In this document: piece after piece, positions 24,301 through 37,624 of the stretch
How positions within the stretch are numbered: the stretch's first letter is position 1
Layout: each line of letters opens with the position of its first letter
Notes under the pieces: generated by a model
What the model was told of the DNA's origin: nothing
Databases searched by the model: none
The model's input: the letters and a program-made list of their open reading frames with translations, nothing else
Source: Felis catus
Taxonomy: Eukaryota
Direction: 5' to 3'
Assembly: GCF_018350175.1 (NCBI RefSeq)
Contig: NC_058368.1
Location: 136,340,001-136,404,000, forward strand
Length of the DNA stretch: 64,000 bases
Made by a program: the position numbers and the translations under genes

Positions 24301-25447
24301 ATGAGATTGTCTCATATAGCCACGGATTACCTGTTCAGATCACGATTCTTGGTAACTAAGAAGGCAGTTTTCTTCCCCATTTGGTCTGACTTGTTGACCC
24401 AGGGAGGATTAAATGAGCTAAAATACATGAACAGTACCTGAACACAATAAATATTCAATAAAGGTTAACCAGGCCAAAGAATAAAGGCAAGTCTGCATAA
24501 TTTCCTAGGCACTGTGTGTTTTTGACTGGTCTCTATAGAATTTGTTTCCAGACATTGTGGAACATAACAGAGAAACTTTATTATTGCATCAGAGCAACTG
24601 TCAGACCATTCCTGTCCCCTTAGCAAAAAAAGAGCAGTCAGGTGTCTGGAAGTAGACTGCCAAATAGGGTGTCCCATTTTAAAACAAAGAGAGAGTTTAA
24701 TGCTAACTGCACCCAAAATTTCACTAGCTTTTTTGACCTAGTGTAGGTATAGGATCCTGAATCTGTTCTGGAAGCCTGGCTTTTCTTGGGTGGGGAGAAG
24801 GGAGCATGCGTCCATCCAAGTAGTTGAATGAGCACTGTCCTGGGTGCTGAAATTTTCTTTACAGTTTTCATTTCAATTTTATTACTGTTATTCACGAAAA
24901 TCGAGTAAAGGAGGAGATGGGAAGAAATTCACCACTTCTGTTAATTGTTCAAGTCTTTGGGTTTTTTCTTTTTCCTTCCTGGACTTTCTCCATGGGGCTG
25001 TCTCTTGTGTATGTTCCAGCTGGAACTGTTTTCTGTGGAATGCTCCCTTTCTTCATGCAGAAGGTTGGAGCCTTCTGCCTCTTAAGAGGCTTCCTCTTCC
25101 TCTCTGCTCTAGGAAGGCTTTAGGGTAGGTAGCTTTAGATCAATACTGAGGAGCTTTGGGGGAAGACTCCCTGCTTTGGGGTGTAGTTTTCTGCAGGTTT
25201 ATGTTTCCTTGTCTCTTCTCATCCCTGATGAGATCTTTAAGACTAAGAGAGTGTATGGGCCTAAAGGCAATGGAACAAGGAAGCCACTCAAATGATTTTT
25301 GACTCTGGCTGCTTAGGTCAATCTAGACCAGCCAAAGCAAGACCCTCTGAAATATGGCCCAGTCTGCCCATCCAGGGTTTCTCAGAAAAGGTTGGGGACA
25401 AAGCTCTATTTGGTAATCCTGTTTTACCTTTATCCTCTATGTTCATT

Positions 25448-25675
25448 TCTTTTTTTTTTTTTAATTTTTTTCAACGTTTATTTATTTTTGGGACAGAGAG
25501 AGACAGAGCATGAACGGGGGAGGGGTAGTGAGAGAGGGAGACACAGAATCAGAAACAGGCTCCAGGCTCTGAGCCATCAGCCCAGAGCCTGACACGGGGC
25601 TCAAACTCACGGACCGCGAGATCGTGACCTGGCTGAAGTCGGACGCTTAACCGACTGCGCCACCCAGGCGCCCCT
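25448..25675 (-). mobile_element. Young SINEC_Fc-type SINE
   Basis: CpG-intact; TSD ctat(g/t)ttcatttcttttt. Confidence 0.9.
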
Positions 25676-26459
25676 ATTTCATTTCTTTTATAGGGAGCTA
25701 GTTGGAGGTCTCTTAGGCCTTGTCAGGCAGATGCTGGAGAATTGAGGGGTCTCATCACTTTTTTCTATTTCTTTCCTTCTGAGACACCCACTGGCATGTT
25801 CTGCAGACTGAGCTGAGTATGTTCTCAGGGGAAAAGTTCTCCAATAGAGTGGGGTATATACACTGGAATAGCCCTCTCACAGTGATACTTAAGACTTCAC
25901 CTGCAACTGATGCTGTTGGGTACCGCTTGCCATAGTGTTGCTCATATTTGAGTTTTGAGAGGAGAGGAAATGGGTCTTTGGCTAAGAGCAGGTTTCTTAG
26001 AGAGCTCATACTGTAAATGCAGTTGTATTTCCTTGTAGGTTAAATCTGTAGCAGAGATCAAGGCTCTTGCACTAGGAGAGAATGTGATAAGTGGAATCTT
26101 TTTCTGATGAGGTCAGGAATCCGTTTTGGGGCCAGAGAAGGCTTATCCAGAACTGTCATCTGCAAAGGATACACACTTCTCTGGGGCAAGGCCCTTGCAA
26201 ATGGTACAAAGTTCTGATGTCTGATTAGTGGGTTCCAATACTGGTATTAATTTCTAGTACTATAACTGATTCTTCAGATTCCTCTGAATCTAAGTTAGGC
26301 TTCTGGTGTCAAGCATTTGACCCTGATTATTTTTTTCTTTGTCATGCTGTCTGATAATCTTATTTCTGGTCTATCACTCTATATGAAATAGATCTTGCAG
26401 CAAAAGAAAAATGGGTATTACAGGCAATGTTTGTATTCTTAGAATCACAAAGAGGTAAT

Positions 26460-26680
26460 ATATTGAAAAGGCTGAGAACACATAATCTGAACACTGATGG
26501 CCTGGGTTTGAATCCTAGCTGCACTTCTACTTGGATGGATAATCTTGGCCAAGATAGTTAACCCCTCTGAACTTCATTTTCCTACCCTTTGAAATAAAGG
26601 CATAATAACAACCTCCAGGATTGCTGGGAAAATAAAATGTTAATGTGTGCTAAGTACATAAAACAATGTGTAAGTATTGG
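26460..26680. mobile_element. MIR
   Basis: cctgggtttgaatcctagct...cttggccaagatagttaacccctctgaacttcattttcct. Confidence 0.7.
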
Positions 26681-27214
26681 CTTGATTTTTTTTATGTGAT
26701 TAATTGTTTACTATTTCTTTCAATAGCTTCACAAAGACAAGGACATTGTTTATTTTGCTCATCATTGGATCCCCAGAGATAGGCACAATGTTCAGAACAT
26801 AATAGAAATGCATTTAATTTGTTGTATGAGAGAATACTTTCAAATGGTTCTTCAAAGTCAGAGAAATCAGATAGTTGAGGAAATGTAGCACTTTGGAGTT
26901 AAGCTCATGGCCAAGGATATTTTGTTTCTCTAGGTCCCTGAGGGATGTGTTTAGCATAGACCAACAGCTACACCAAGACCTTTTTGTTCTGCTTCGGAGA
27001 ACAAAATTTGGAGAAGAAGAGAAACAAAGAAAAGAACAGGAAATGGGGTGGTGGGAAATGCTCATTTCAAGTGGTTTGTGTGCATGGCTCACAAGAAAGT
27101 GTGAGTAATGTTTGTAGGCAGAGTCTAACAGTCAATTCACAAAGTCCATTTTGTTACTTTTTTCAGCTTCTGGAGACAATCATTTCCTTGGGTTATAGCC
27201 CCTTTCCTCCATTA

Positions 27215-27236
27215 AAAAAATTTTTTTATGTCTATT

Positions 27237-27289
<53 letters not shown>

Positions 27290-27979
27290 GGGCAGAGAGA
27301 GAGGGAAACATAGAATTTGAATCAGGCTCCAAGCTCTGAGGTGTCAGCACAGATCCCAACATGGGGCTCAAACCCACAAACTGTGAGATCATGACCTGAA
27401 CTGGGGTTGGACGCTCAACTGACTGAGCCACTGGGGTGCCCAGCCCACTTTCCTTCATTTTAAGGCCAATAAGATGCTGCTGTCTCTTTGGTTCCCTCTT
27501 CCAATTTTGTCTTCCACTTTTTTTTTTTAATTTTGTTTTTTAACGTTTATTTATTTTTGAGACAGAGAGAGACAGAGCATGAACGGGGGAGGGTCAGAGA
27601 AAGAGGGAGACACAGAATCTGAAATGGGCTCCAGGCTCTGAGCCATCAGCACAGAGCCCGACGCGGGGCTCAAACTCACGGACCATGAGATCATGACCTG
27701 AGCCAAAGTCGGCCGCTTAACCGACTGAGCCACCCAGGCACCCCTGTCTTCCACTTTTTTTTTTAAATTTTTTTTTCAACATTTATTTATTTTTGGGACA
27801 GAGAGAGACAGAGCATGAACTGGGGAGGGGCAGAGAGAGAGGGAGACACAGAATCGGAAACAGGCTCCAGGCTCTGAGCCATCAGCCCAGAGCCTGACGC
27901 GGGGCTCGAACTCACGGGCCGTGAGATTGTGACCTGGCTGAAGTCGGACGCTTAACCGACTGCGCCACCCAAGCGCCCC
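27215..27979 (-). mobile_element. Three SINECs (27215-27441, 27520-27744, 27757-27979) within an older element
   Basis: Three SINE bodies; the last two share a triplicated target tgtcttccactttt. Confidence 0.88.
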
Positions 27980-29319
27980 TGTCTTCCACTTTTAAGGACC
28001 CTTGTGATTATGGTGGACCTATTGGGTACTGTTTTCTCTGCCTAGGCTATCTTCTGTCCTAAGCTGCTGGACTGAGGTGTGGTATTGCCCTTCTTGGCAG
28101 CTGGACCAAGCTGTCAGCTTCCGTGGTCACTCTGGGCCTGGTGAGATCCAAATTCAGGCAGTCTTGTGTTTACAGATGTACCCACCTTTTGCTGCCATCA
28201 TGGATTTAAGATCTTGGGCTTTCCAATAAGATGCTTACTTTCTTAAAATGAAGCTAAATCGACATTTTTTGTCTACTTAGGGTAGAAGTTGGGGCTTTTA
28301 AATACTCTAAGTTATTATTGTGGTATGAGGAAGGTAGAAACAGAAAAAAGGCAAAAATAGGAATCTCCCAAGAGGCCTTCATAGTAGGTTTGGTAGAGAA
28401 GGTGATGTATTTGGAGATTTTATTAGAATGAAATTAAGCAAGATGTTTGGTGATGACTCAGGACACTTATGGTTGAAAGTAATGTTTGTGGACCGTTAAG
28501 ACCTCAGTATCCCAGCATGATGTTGTCAGGAGAAATCAATAGCGTCTATTTTCCTTTGTATTTGTCAAGTATGATAACTGATTATCTCAGCATGAAAGAT
28601 GAAATACATATGACATGGAGAGTGAGGGGAATAGTCACCGAGATTTTCTCTAGCACTTAATAGCATGACAAATGCATTTTAGGCTGTTTTCTTTGGAAGT
28701 TGAGCCAGACAGGAGGAGTCCCAAGGCCTGATGACGCTGAGGGCTCTTTTGACTCTGACCACTGCTGATGTCATCCAGGTTTCTGCTTGTCTTGATTATA
28801 CTGAGAATAGCCAAGCTCTGCTCATTGAGACAGATACTGATTTTCGCCAGGAAGTTCTGTCATCAGCAGTAATTACAATTGCTGTTTTCAAATTTATTAG
28901 ATCAGGAAATCTAATACACTTTCCATGAGTCCTCTCACCACTTTTTGTTGATATGTAGAACAATCTCACCAAGTTATTTCTGAGAAGACGAGGCCTAAAA
29001 CAGAACTTAGATATGAAATGCAAACTTTTGCTTTCCTCTTTGCTGATACTGATGGAAAACCACCTTCTAAGCTTTGCGGACTTGGGGAAGCAATTTATCC
29101 AAGCTACTTAAGGAAGAACTTCACCTCCTTTTGTATATTTGTAAAATGAGAAAACCAATTACACTTAGGTTTTGGATTTTTGTAAGGCTTAACCAAAATT
29201 ACTTAATACTTAGAACATGAGAGCACATGTCCTTAATCTATGTCAACTATCACTGTTACTATTATTAATAAGATTGTGAAAAGGCACCTGAGATATATAT
29301 TATAGCAAACAGAAATGTG

Positions 29320-29775
29320 TTTTTTTTTAAATATTTTTAAACGTTTATTCATTTTTGAGAGACAGAGAGAGATAGAGTGTGAGTGGGAGAGGGGCAAAGA
29401 GAGAGAGAGAGGGAGACACAGAATCTGAAGCAGGCTCTGGGTTCTGTCAGCACAGAGCTCCATCTGGGACTTGAACTCACTGACCATGATATCATGACCT
29501 GAGCTGAAGTTGGACCCTTACCTGACTAAGCCACCCAGGTACCCCTCAGAAATGGATCTTTTTTTTTTTTTTTTAATGTTTATTTATTTTTGAGAGAGAG
29601 AGGCAGAGTGCGAGCAGGGGAGGGACAGGGAGAGAGGGAGACAGAGAATCCAAAGCAGGCTCCAGGCTCTGAGCTGTCAGCACAGAGCCCAACGCGGGGC
29701 TTGAACCCATGAACTGCGTGTTCATGACCTGAGCCGAGGTCAGACGCCCAACCGACTGAGCCACCCAGGTGCCCC
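29320..29775 (-). mobile_element. Two tandem SINECs
   Basis: Target cagaaatg...ttttt present at 29310, 29547 and 29775. Confidence 0.88.
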
Positions 29776-30941
29776 AGAAATGGGTCTTTTTTAAGGTTTG
29801 TACTGTGGTGGTACAGAAATGAACAGAGGGTTTGGAGACTAACTGAGTACAACAAGTTGAATTCCTTATGTGTTGAAGATAAAAAGAAGCAAACTTGTTT
29901 AATTATAAAGCATTGCATATTTATAGTAGAGAACATACAATTATACAAAAAGAAAAAAATATATCCAAACTTCACAACCCAGAAATAACCATTATTAACA
30001 TTCTGATATTTTTTCTTCCTGACTTTTTTTCTGTGTATCTATAAATACATTTATTTTTAAAACATTTTTGGGATTATGTGATTTACAGTATTATTTACAT
30101 TTTATTTTCTTTATAATGTTTTACATATTTGTGATATGTAAAAATGATATAATAGGATATGTATGTAATTTATAAAGCGTAATAATATGAACACCTATGA
30201 CTATCCTCTCTTATCCCTCCTCCCTAGCCCCTGAGGGAACCACTATCTCAAATTTTCCTTGCTTTTAAAATAAAAATTGTTTCATTAATTATGTCCCAAT
30301 AATATAATGTTTGTTTTTGAGTCCTATAAAAAGAGCATTTACACCGTCTATAGTCTTCTTGGAATTGCTTTATTAAAAAGATCAACATTCCATTTTCTTT
30401 TTTAATGTTTATTTATTTTTGAGAGAGAGACACACACACAGAGTGCAAGTGGAAAAAGAGGGAGACACAGAATCCGAAGCAGGCTCCCGGCTCTGTGCTG
30501 ACAGCTCAGAGCTAAGTTGGATGCTTAACCAACTGAGCCACCAGGCACCCCTCAACATTCTGTTTTCAAAATGGATATAGTTTGATCCATATTGTTTCAT
30601 TTTAGAACAACACATCATTTTCAGTTTTGTGTAGTATTCTATCGTGGGCTTATACCATAGTTTACAGAAACCCATTCTTGTGTTGATAGACATGTAGGTT
30701 ATTTCTAGTTTTTGCTATGACAGAGTTGCAGGAGACTTTCCTGTATATACCACACACGGTGGTGTCAGTTCTCACCGGTTATCAGAAACTCTAGGATGGG
30801 TCCCAGAAATCTGTGTTTTAACCAGCCCTTCAAGTATTGTGAGGCTTGCAGTTTGAGAACCCCTGTTGTAGGAAATTTGTTTAGGAGTGGACTTACTGGT
30901 TCAAAGGGCATATGAATGTTCTGTAAGACTATGATTGTTCA

Positions 30942-31108
30942 GGGAGGTGGGAGGGAGGGGAGGGTGGGTGATGGGTATTGAGGAGGGCACCTTTTGGGAT
31001 GAGCACTGGGTGTTGTATGGAAACCAATTTGACAATAAATTTCATATATTGAAAATAAATTTTAAAAAATAAAAAAATAAAAATGATTTCTGATCACAAA
31101 AAAAATAA
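30942..31108 (+). mobile_element. Severely 5'-truncated felid L1 3' end
   Basis: gagggcaccttttgggatgagcactgggtgttgtatggaaaccaatttgacaataaa; perfect 17-bp TSD aagactatgattgttca at 30925 and 31109. Confidence 0.9.
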
Positions 31109-31348
31109 AAGACTATGATTGTTCAATAAGGTGGACACATGTAGGAACTGAGCACTTGAAATGCAGCTAGCATGAAAGAAGAACTAAAATATTTAATTTA
31201 ATTTTAATTTAGACACTGAAAACTGATGCAGTTATTGGAAAACTTTTTCAACTATTAATTTTATAAAATTTAAATAGAGATCAAGCATTTCCAAGTTTAG
31301 CTTCTGGGTTGAAATGTGCTATATAAGCGTACAATACATAGAGGATTT

Positions 31349-32064
31349 TGTAGTGGGGTGAAAATACTTTTCCTCTACCACTTAGGTTGTATGATTAAAC
31401 ACCTATAAATTAAATTCACAAAGGACAGATTAACAAAAGGCATACATATTTTTTGATGCTAATATTTTTACATGCATGGGTATTTCACCGGAAAGAATCA
31501 AAACCCAAAGTGATGGTTAGAGCCAGGGTCTTGTAAACCTTTTTAAGAAAGGGTGGTAAATTATGGTGAAATGACTAGACAAAGATAAAAGGAGTTTGGA
31601 CTACAAGGAGCAGTAAATTGTGGGAAGAAGACTAGAAAATCTATCCTAGATAAGGGTTGGTTAGTAAGATTTGTTGTTCAGTCTCAAGTTGTCTCCTTAG
31701 ATAAGAAAGGTTCTCCTCTTTGTGGTGCAGGAGATGGGGAGGTAGGCTCCTTTACAAACAGAAATTTATGTAACCTTTACCAAGGGATATTTGTACCCTA
31801 CTTTTAAGCAGAAAAGGGGAGGGAAGAGAGCTCTTCATTAGTCTGCTGTTTCTTACTTGCCTTTAGCTCAAAATAATTCTTATGCCAAAGCGGCATGTTT
31901 TAGAGTGGTATATATACATTTTAAGGATTTAAAAAAAATTTTTTTAAAGTAATCTCTACACCCAACGTGGGGCTCAAACTCATAATCCTGAAATTAAGAG
32001 TTGCACGCTCTATTGACTGAGCCAGGCAGATGACCCTAGAGTGGGTATATTCAGACCTCCTTCA
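31349..32064 (-). mobile_element. ERV1-type solo LTR nested in a MER33-like hAT element
   Basis: tgtagtgggg...cctccttca ends; same family as 56090-56619 (shared cttagctcaaaataattcttatgccaaag-type segment). Confidence 0.6.
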
Positions 32065-32529
32065 TTATGAAAAAAGAATATATTTCATTAATAACTCTTT
32101 TATGTTGATTCCATGTTGAAATGATAATGTTTTAGATATAGAGAGTAAAATACAATATATTATTAAAATTAATTTCATTTGTTTCTTTTTACCTTTTTTT
32201 CAAGTTTATTTATTTATTTTGAGAGAGAGAGAGAGCAAGTGAGTGAGGGATGGGCAGAAAGAGAGAGAGAGACAGAATCCCAAGCAGGCTCTGCACTGTC
32301 AGTGTGGAGCCCAGTGTGGGGCCCTAACTCACGTACCATGAAATCATGACCTGAGCTGAAATCAAGAGCCAGACCCTTAACTGACAGAGCCCCCCAGGCA
32401 TCCCTTCCTTTTTTAAAAAGTATGCTGTGCACCCAATACGAGGCTTGAGCTCACAACCTTGAGATCGCCTGGTGCCCATTTCTTTTTACCTTTTAAACAT
32501 GGCTACTAGAAAACTTAAATACCGACATA

Positions 32530-32915
32530 TAACATAATGTCAAAATGTTTTTCAGAGTGGTTGCATCAATTTACACTTCCAGTATCAGTGTAGGAGAATT
32601 CTCATGAATTTATATTCCTCTTCTAACACTGAGAGTTGTTAAACTTCATAATTTTTGCTAATCCACTAGGTGTAAAATGCTCTCTCATTGTGGTTTTAAT
32701 CTGCATTGCTTTAGTTTTTAATTAGAGTGTTTTTCATATGTCCGTTTGTATTTTTTGTGAAATTCCTATTTGTGCTATTTCTCCAGTTTTATTGGATTTT
32801 TGTCTTTTTTTAAAAATTGATTTGAAGAAATTAAAAAACATATATTCTGAATACTAATCTTTGCTGCATAGTATGTGTTGAAAATATCCTCTCCTCATTT
32901 ATGGCCTGTCTTTTC

Positions 32916-32961
<46 letters not shown>

Positions 32962-34597
32962 TTCCGATGAAGACAAGCTCTTAATTTTAATGTAGACAAA
33001 TCTGTTTCTGTTTTCTTTGTTTCTGCTTTTTATGTCTTGTTTGAGAAAGTTTTTCATATCTCAAGGTCAGAAAGATATATTCCTGCCTTTTTTTTCTAAT
33101 AGTTTTGAGGTTTGGTCTTTCAGGTTCCAGTCCTTTATCTGTGTGGAATTGATGGAATCGAGAAGCAGAAATGCTCTTTCATCCCTACTCCCCAACCCCA
33201 TGGCTAAGCAATTGTTCCACTCTCATTTAGACAAAAGGAATCCATTTCTCATGACTTACAGCGCCATCTTTGTAACATACTCAAGATTCCACATATGCAT
33301 AGATCTGTTTCTGGGGTCTCTGTTTTATTTTATCGGTTATCTGTTTCTGTGCTGATGTCGCACATGTTTTTTTTTTTATTATTTTTTTTAAATGTTTACT
33401 TATTTTTGAGACAGAGACAGAGCATGAACAGGGGAGGGTCAGAGAGAGAGGGAGGCACAGAATCCGAAGCAGGCTCCAGGCTCTGAGCTGTTAGCACAGA
33501 GCCCGATGTGGGGCTCGAACTCACGGACCGTGAGATCATGACCTGAGCCGAAGTCGGACGCTTAACCGACTGAGCCACCCAGGCGCCCCTGTCGCACATG
33601 TTTTAATAACTAAAGCTTTATAGTAAATCTTACTATCTACTGGATCAGTTCTCCCTAATCTTACTGTCTTCAAAAGTGTCTTGGTTATTCTTGAATCTTT
33701 GTTTTCATAAGTAAATTTTAGCATTGGCTTTTTGAGTTCTCTTAATTAAAAAAAAAAATCTGTTGGGATTTTGATCAATTGTATTGAATCTATAAATTAA
33801 TTTGGAGTAAACTGACATCTTTATGACATTGTTTTCTTATTAATAAACATGATGTATCTCACAAATTCTTCAGGCTTTCTTTAGTATTTTCCAATGAAAT
33901 TTAAATATTTTGTCCATATAGGTTGCACCTAATATTTTCAGATTTATTTCTAAGTATCTTTTGTTTTTTGTAACCCATGCATTTAGAATCTTTTTAGAAG
34001 TCATGTTTTGGGATGCCTGGGTGGTGCATTTGGTTGAGTGTCCAAGTCTTGGTTTCGGCTCAGGTCACGATCTCACAGCTTATGAGACTGGGACTTGGAA
34101 CCTCATTGGAATTCTCTCTCTCTCTCTCTCTCTGCTCTTCCCTCACTTGTGTGCTCTCTCACAATAAATAAGTAAACTTAAAAAAGTCATGTTTTCTAGA
34201 TTTTAGTTTCTGGTGTAAAGAAATGTAAATAATTTTTGTATAGTGATCTTTTGGTCAGGCTTCTTGCTAAATTCTTTTATTATGTCTAATATTTTTTCTG
34301 TTGAGTTTTTGAGTTTCTAGATAGATAATTATCTTATCCTAAATAATGACAGTTTAAATTTATTCTTTCTAATATCTTGCATTTATTCATTCATTCATTC
34401 ACTCATTTATTCTTGGTCTAACTGTTGGTTAGACAGTGCTGCACAATGCTGAATGAAAATGACACTAATGAGGGGCATCTGGGTGGTTCAGTCACTTATG
34501 TGACCCACTCTTGATTTTGGCTCAGGTCATAGTTTCATGGTTTATGGGATCAAGCCCTGTGTCAGGCTCTGTGCTAACAGTGAGGAGCCTACTTGGG

Positions 34598-34633
<36 letters not shown>

Positions 34634-35150
34634 GTTCCTGCTCTCTCTCTCTCTCAAAATAAATGAACCTTTAAAAAATTTACAGGGGCGCCTGGGTGGC
34701 TCAGTCGGTTGAGCGCTGACTTTGGCTCAGGTCATGATCTCACATCTCGTGAGTTTGAGCCCCACGTCAGGCTCTGTGCTGACAGCTCGGAGCCTGGAGC
34801 CTGCTTCTGCTTCTGTGTCTCCCTATTTCTCTGCCCCTAACCCACTCGCATTCTGTCTCTGTCTCTGTCAAAAATAAATAAACATTAAAAAAATTTTTTT
34901 AAATTTACAAAGAAAGAAAATGACAGTAATCAATATTCTTGTCTTGTTCCTTTTCATAAAGGTGATGCTTCATTAAAGTAGTACAGTGGCATTTAGGAAG
35001 ATATCTTTTAGTAGATTTAAAAAGTTCTCTTTTATTCCTGATTTTCTAGGAGATTTTTTTAAAAGATTGTAAATACATACCGAATTTTGTCAAATGCTTT
35101 TTCTGAACCTATTGCAATGATTTCTTTCTAATTTAATTTGTTAATAAGAT
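32530..35150 (-). mobile_element. Old antisense L1 ORF2 fragments with SINEs (about 33366, 34009, 34472, 34685) and a (TG)n tract at 32918-32960
   Basis: Minus ORF LKFTYENKDSRITKTLLK...DSKIYYKALVIKT resembles L1 ORF2. Confidence 0.7.
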
Positions 35151-35154
35151 TAAT

Positions 35155-36890
35155 TAGAAGTAGCAGAAAGAGAAATTAAGAAAACAATGTCATTTACAGT
35201 TGTACCCAAAATAATAAAACACTTAGGAATAAACTTAACCAAGAAGATAAAAGACTTGTATGCTGAAAACATTAATGAAAGAAATCGAAGATGATACAAA
35301 CAAATGGAAAGATATTTCATGCTCATGGATTGGGAGGGCTAATATTGTTAAAAAGTGCATACTACCCAAAGCATCTATAGATTTAACGCTATCCCTATAA
35401 AAATACCAACAGCGTTTTTCACAGACCTAGAACAAATAACCCTAACATTTGTATGGAATCACAAAAACCCCATATAGCCAAAGCGATATTGAAAAAGAAG
35501 AACAAAACTGAAGGTATCACAATCCCAGATTTCAAGATCTTCTACAAAGCTGTAGTAATTAAAACAGTATGGTACTGGTACATAGGCACTGGTAAATAGG
35601 CACATAGATCAGTGGGACAGAATAGAGAGTTCAGAAATAAACCCACGAATATATGGTCAATTAATTTATGACCATAGAAGGTAAGAATATGTAGTAGGAA
35701 AAAGAGAGTCTTTTCAATATATGGTATTAGGAAAATTGGACAGCTACATGCAAAAGAATGAAACTAGATCAGTTTCTACACCATACACAAAAATAAGCTC
35801 AAAATGGGTTAAAGACCTAAATATGAGACCTGGACCATAAAATTCCCAAAAGAAAACAGACAGTAATCTCTTTGACATCAACTGTTTAAACATTTTTGTA
35901 GATATGGCTCCTTTGGCAAGGGAAACAAAAGCATAATTCAGCTATTGAGATTACATCTCAATAAATAGCTTTGCAGAGCAAAGGAAAACCATCAACACAA
36001 CTAAAAGACAACTTCCTGAATTGGAGAAGATATTTGCAAATGATATATCCAATAAGGGGTTAAGACCCAAAATATGTAAAGAACTTATACAAATCAACAA
36101 CAAAAACCCCAAATAATTCAATTAAAAAATGGACAGAATAGACATTTTCCCAAGGAAGACACACAGTTGGCCAACAGACACATGAAAAGGTGCCCGGCAT
36201 TACTAATCATCAGGCAAATGCCAATCAAGACCATGATATAATATCACCTCACACCTGTCATAATGGCTAAAATAAAAAGGATCTACTGTTGGTGGGAATG
36301 CAAACTGGTGCAGCCACTGTGGAAAATAGTATGGATGTTCCTCAAAAAATTAAAAATAGAATTACCATATGATCCAGTAATTGTACTACTGGGTATTTAC
36401 CCAAAGAAAACAAAAACATTAATTCAAAAAGATATATACATCCCTAAGTTTATCACAGCATTATTTAGAATAACTAAGGTATGGAAGGAACCCTGTGTCC
36501 ATCTGGAGATGAATGGACTTGGACTATTACTCAGCCATTAAAAGGAATGAAATGCTGCCATTTGTAACAACATGGATGGATTTAGATGGTATGATGCTAT
36601 GTGAAATAAGTCAGAGAAAGATAAATACCACATTATTTCACTCATATGTGGAATTTAAGAAACAAAACAAATAAAAAGACAAACAAAAACCCCAACTTAA
36701 CTATATAGAGAACAAACTGATGGTTGCCAGAGGGGAGGTGGGTGTGGGGATGGGTAAAATGAGTGAAGGGGATTACGAGTACACCTATCATGGTGAGCGC
36801 TTACTAATGTATAGAATTATTGGAAGATTTTCTTGTACATTTGAACCCAATAAAACACTGTATTGAAGTCATACTGTCATCAAAAAATCT
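35155..36890 (+). mobile_element. Carnivore L1, 3' 1.7 kb (ORF2 C-terminus and 3' UTR), decayed
   Basis: Includes aaacacttaggaataaacttaaccaaga, gatatttcatgctcatggattgg and [32 protein letters not shown]. Confidence 0.92.
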
Positions 36891-37058
36891 GGTAAAAATG
36901 AATCATATTTTTAGATCTTAGCATTAATACATTCTTGCATTCCTGGCATATGTACAACTCAGGTTTGATGTTTTATCTTTTTAAATTCTAAATTTCATTT
37001 GCTAATATTTTGTTTGACATTTTTTATACCTATGTTCATGAAGGTGATTGGCTTATAG

Positions 37059-37382
37059 TTTTCCTTCCTTCCTTCCTTCCTTCCTTCCTTCCTTCCTTCC
37101 TTCCTTCCTTCCTTCCTTCCCTCCCTCCCTCCCTCCCTTCCTTCCTTCCTTCCTTCCTTCCTTCCTTCCTTCCTTCCTTCCTTCCTTATGTTTATTTATT
37201 TTTGAAAGAGACCGAGTGCAAGTGGGGAGGGGCAGAGAGAGAGGGAGACACAGAATCTGAAACAGACTCCAGGCTCTGAGCTGCCAGCACAGAGTTCAAT
37301 GCGGGGCTCGAACTCACTAACCATGAGATCATAACCTGAGCTGAAGTGGGACGCTTAACTGACTGAGCCAACCAGGCGCCCC
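37059..37382 (-). mobile_element. SINEC whose tail has expanded into a (TTCC)n microsatellite (37059-37186)
   Basis: (TTCC)n runs directly into the SINE tail. Confidence 0.88.
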
Positions 37383-37624
37383 TAGGTTTTCTTTCTTACA
37401 CCATTCTCATCTGGTTCTTATATCTTATTTGGTTCTTAACATCTTATTCTGATATTGAAACTATGCCTGCCAATTTAAATTGAGGAGTGTTCTCTCTTTT
37501 TCTATTACCTGGAAGAGTTTGCAATGTTTCCTAGAAATTTGATAGAACTTTCCTATAAACTACCTGGGTTTGGGGATTTCTTTGTAGGCAGTTTTTAAAT
37601 TAATAATTTAAAAGCTTTAATATT

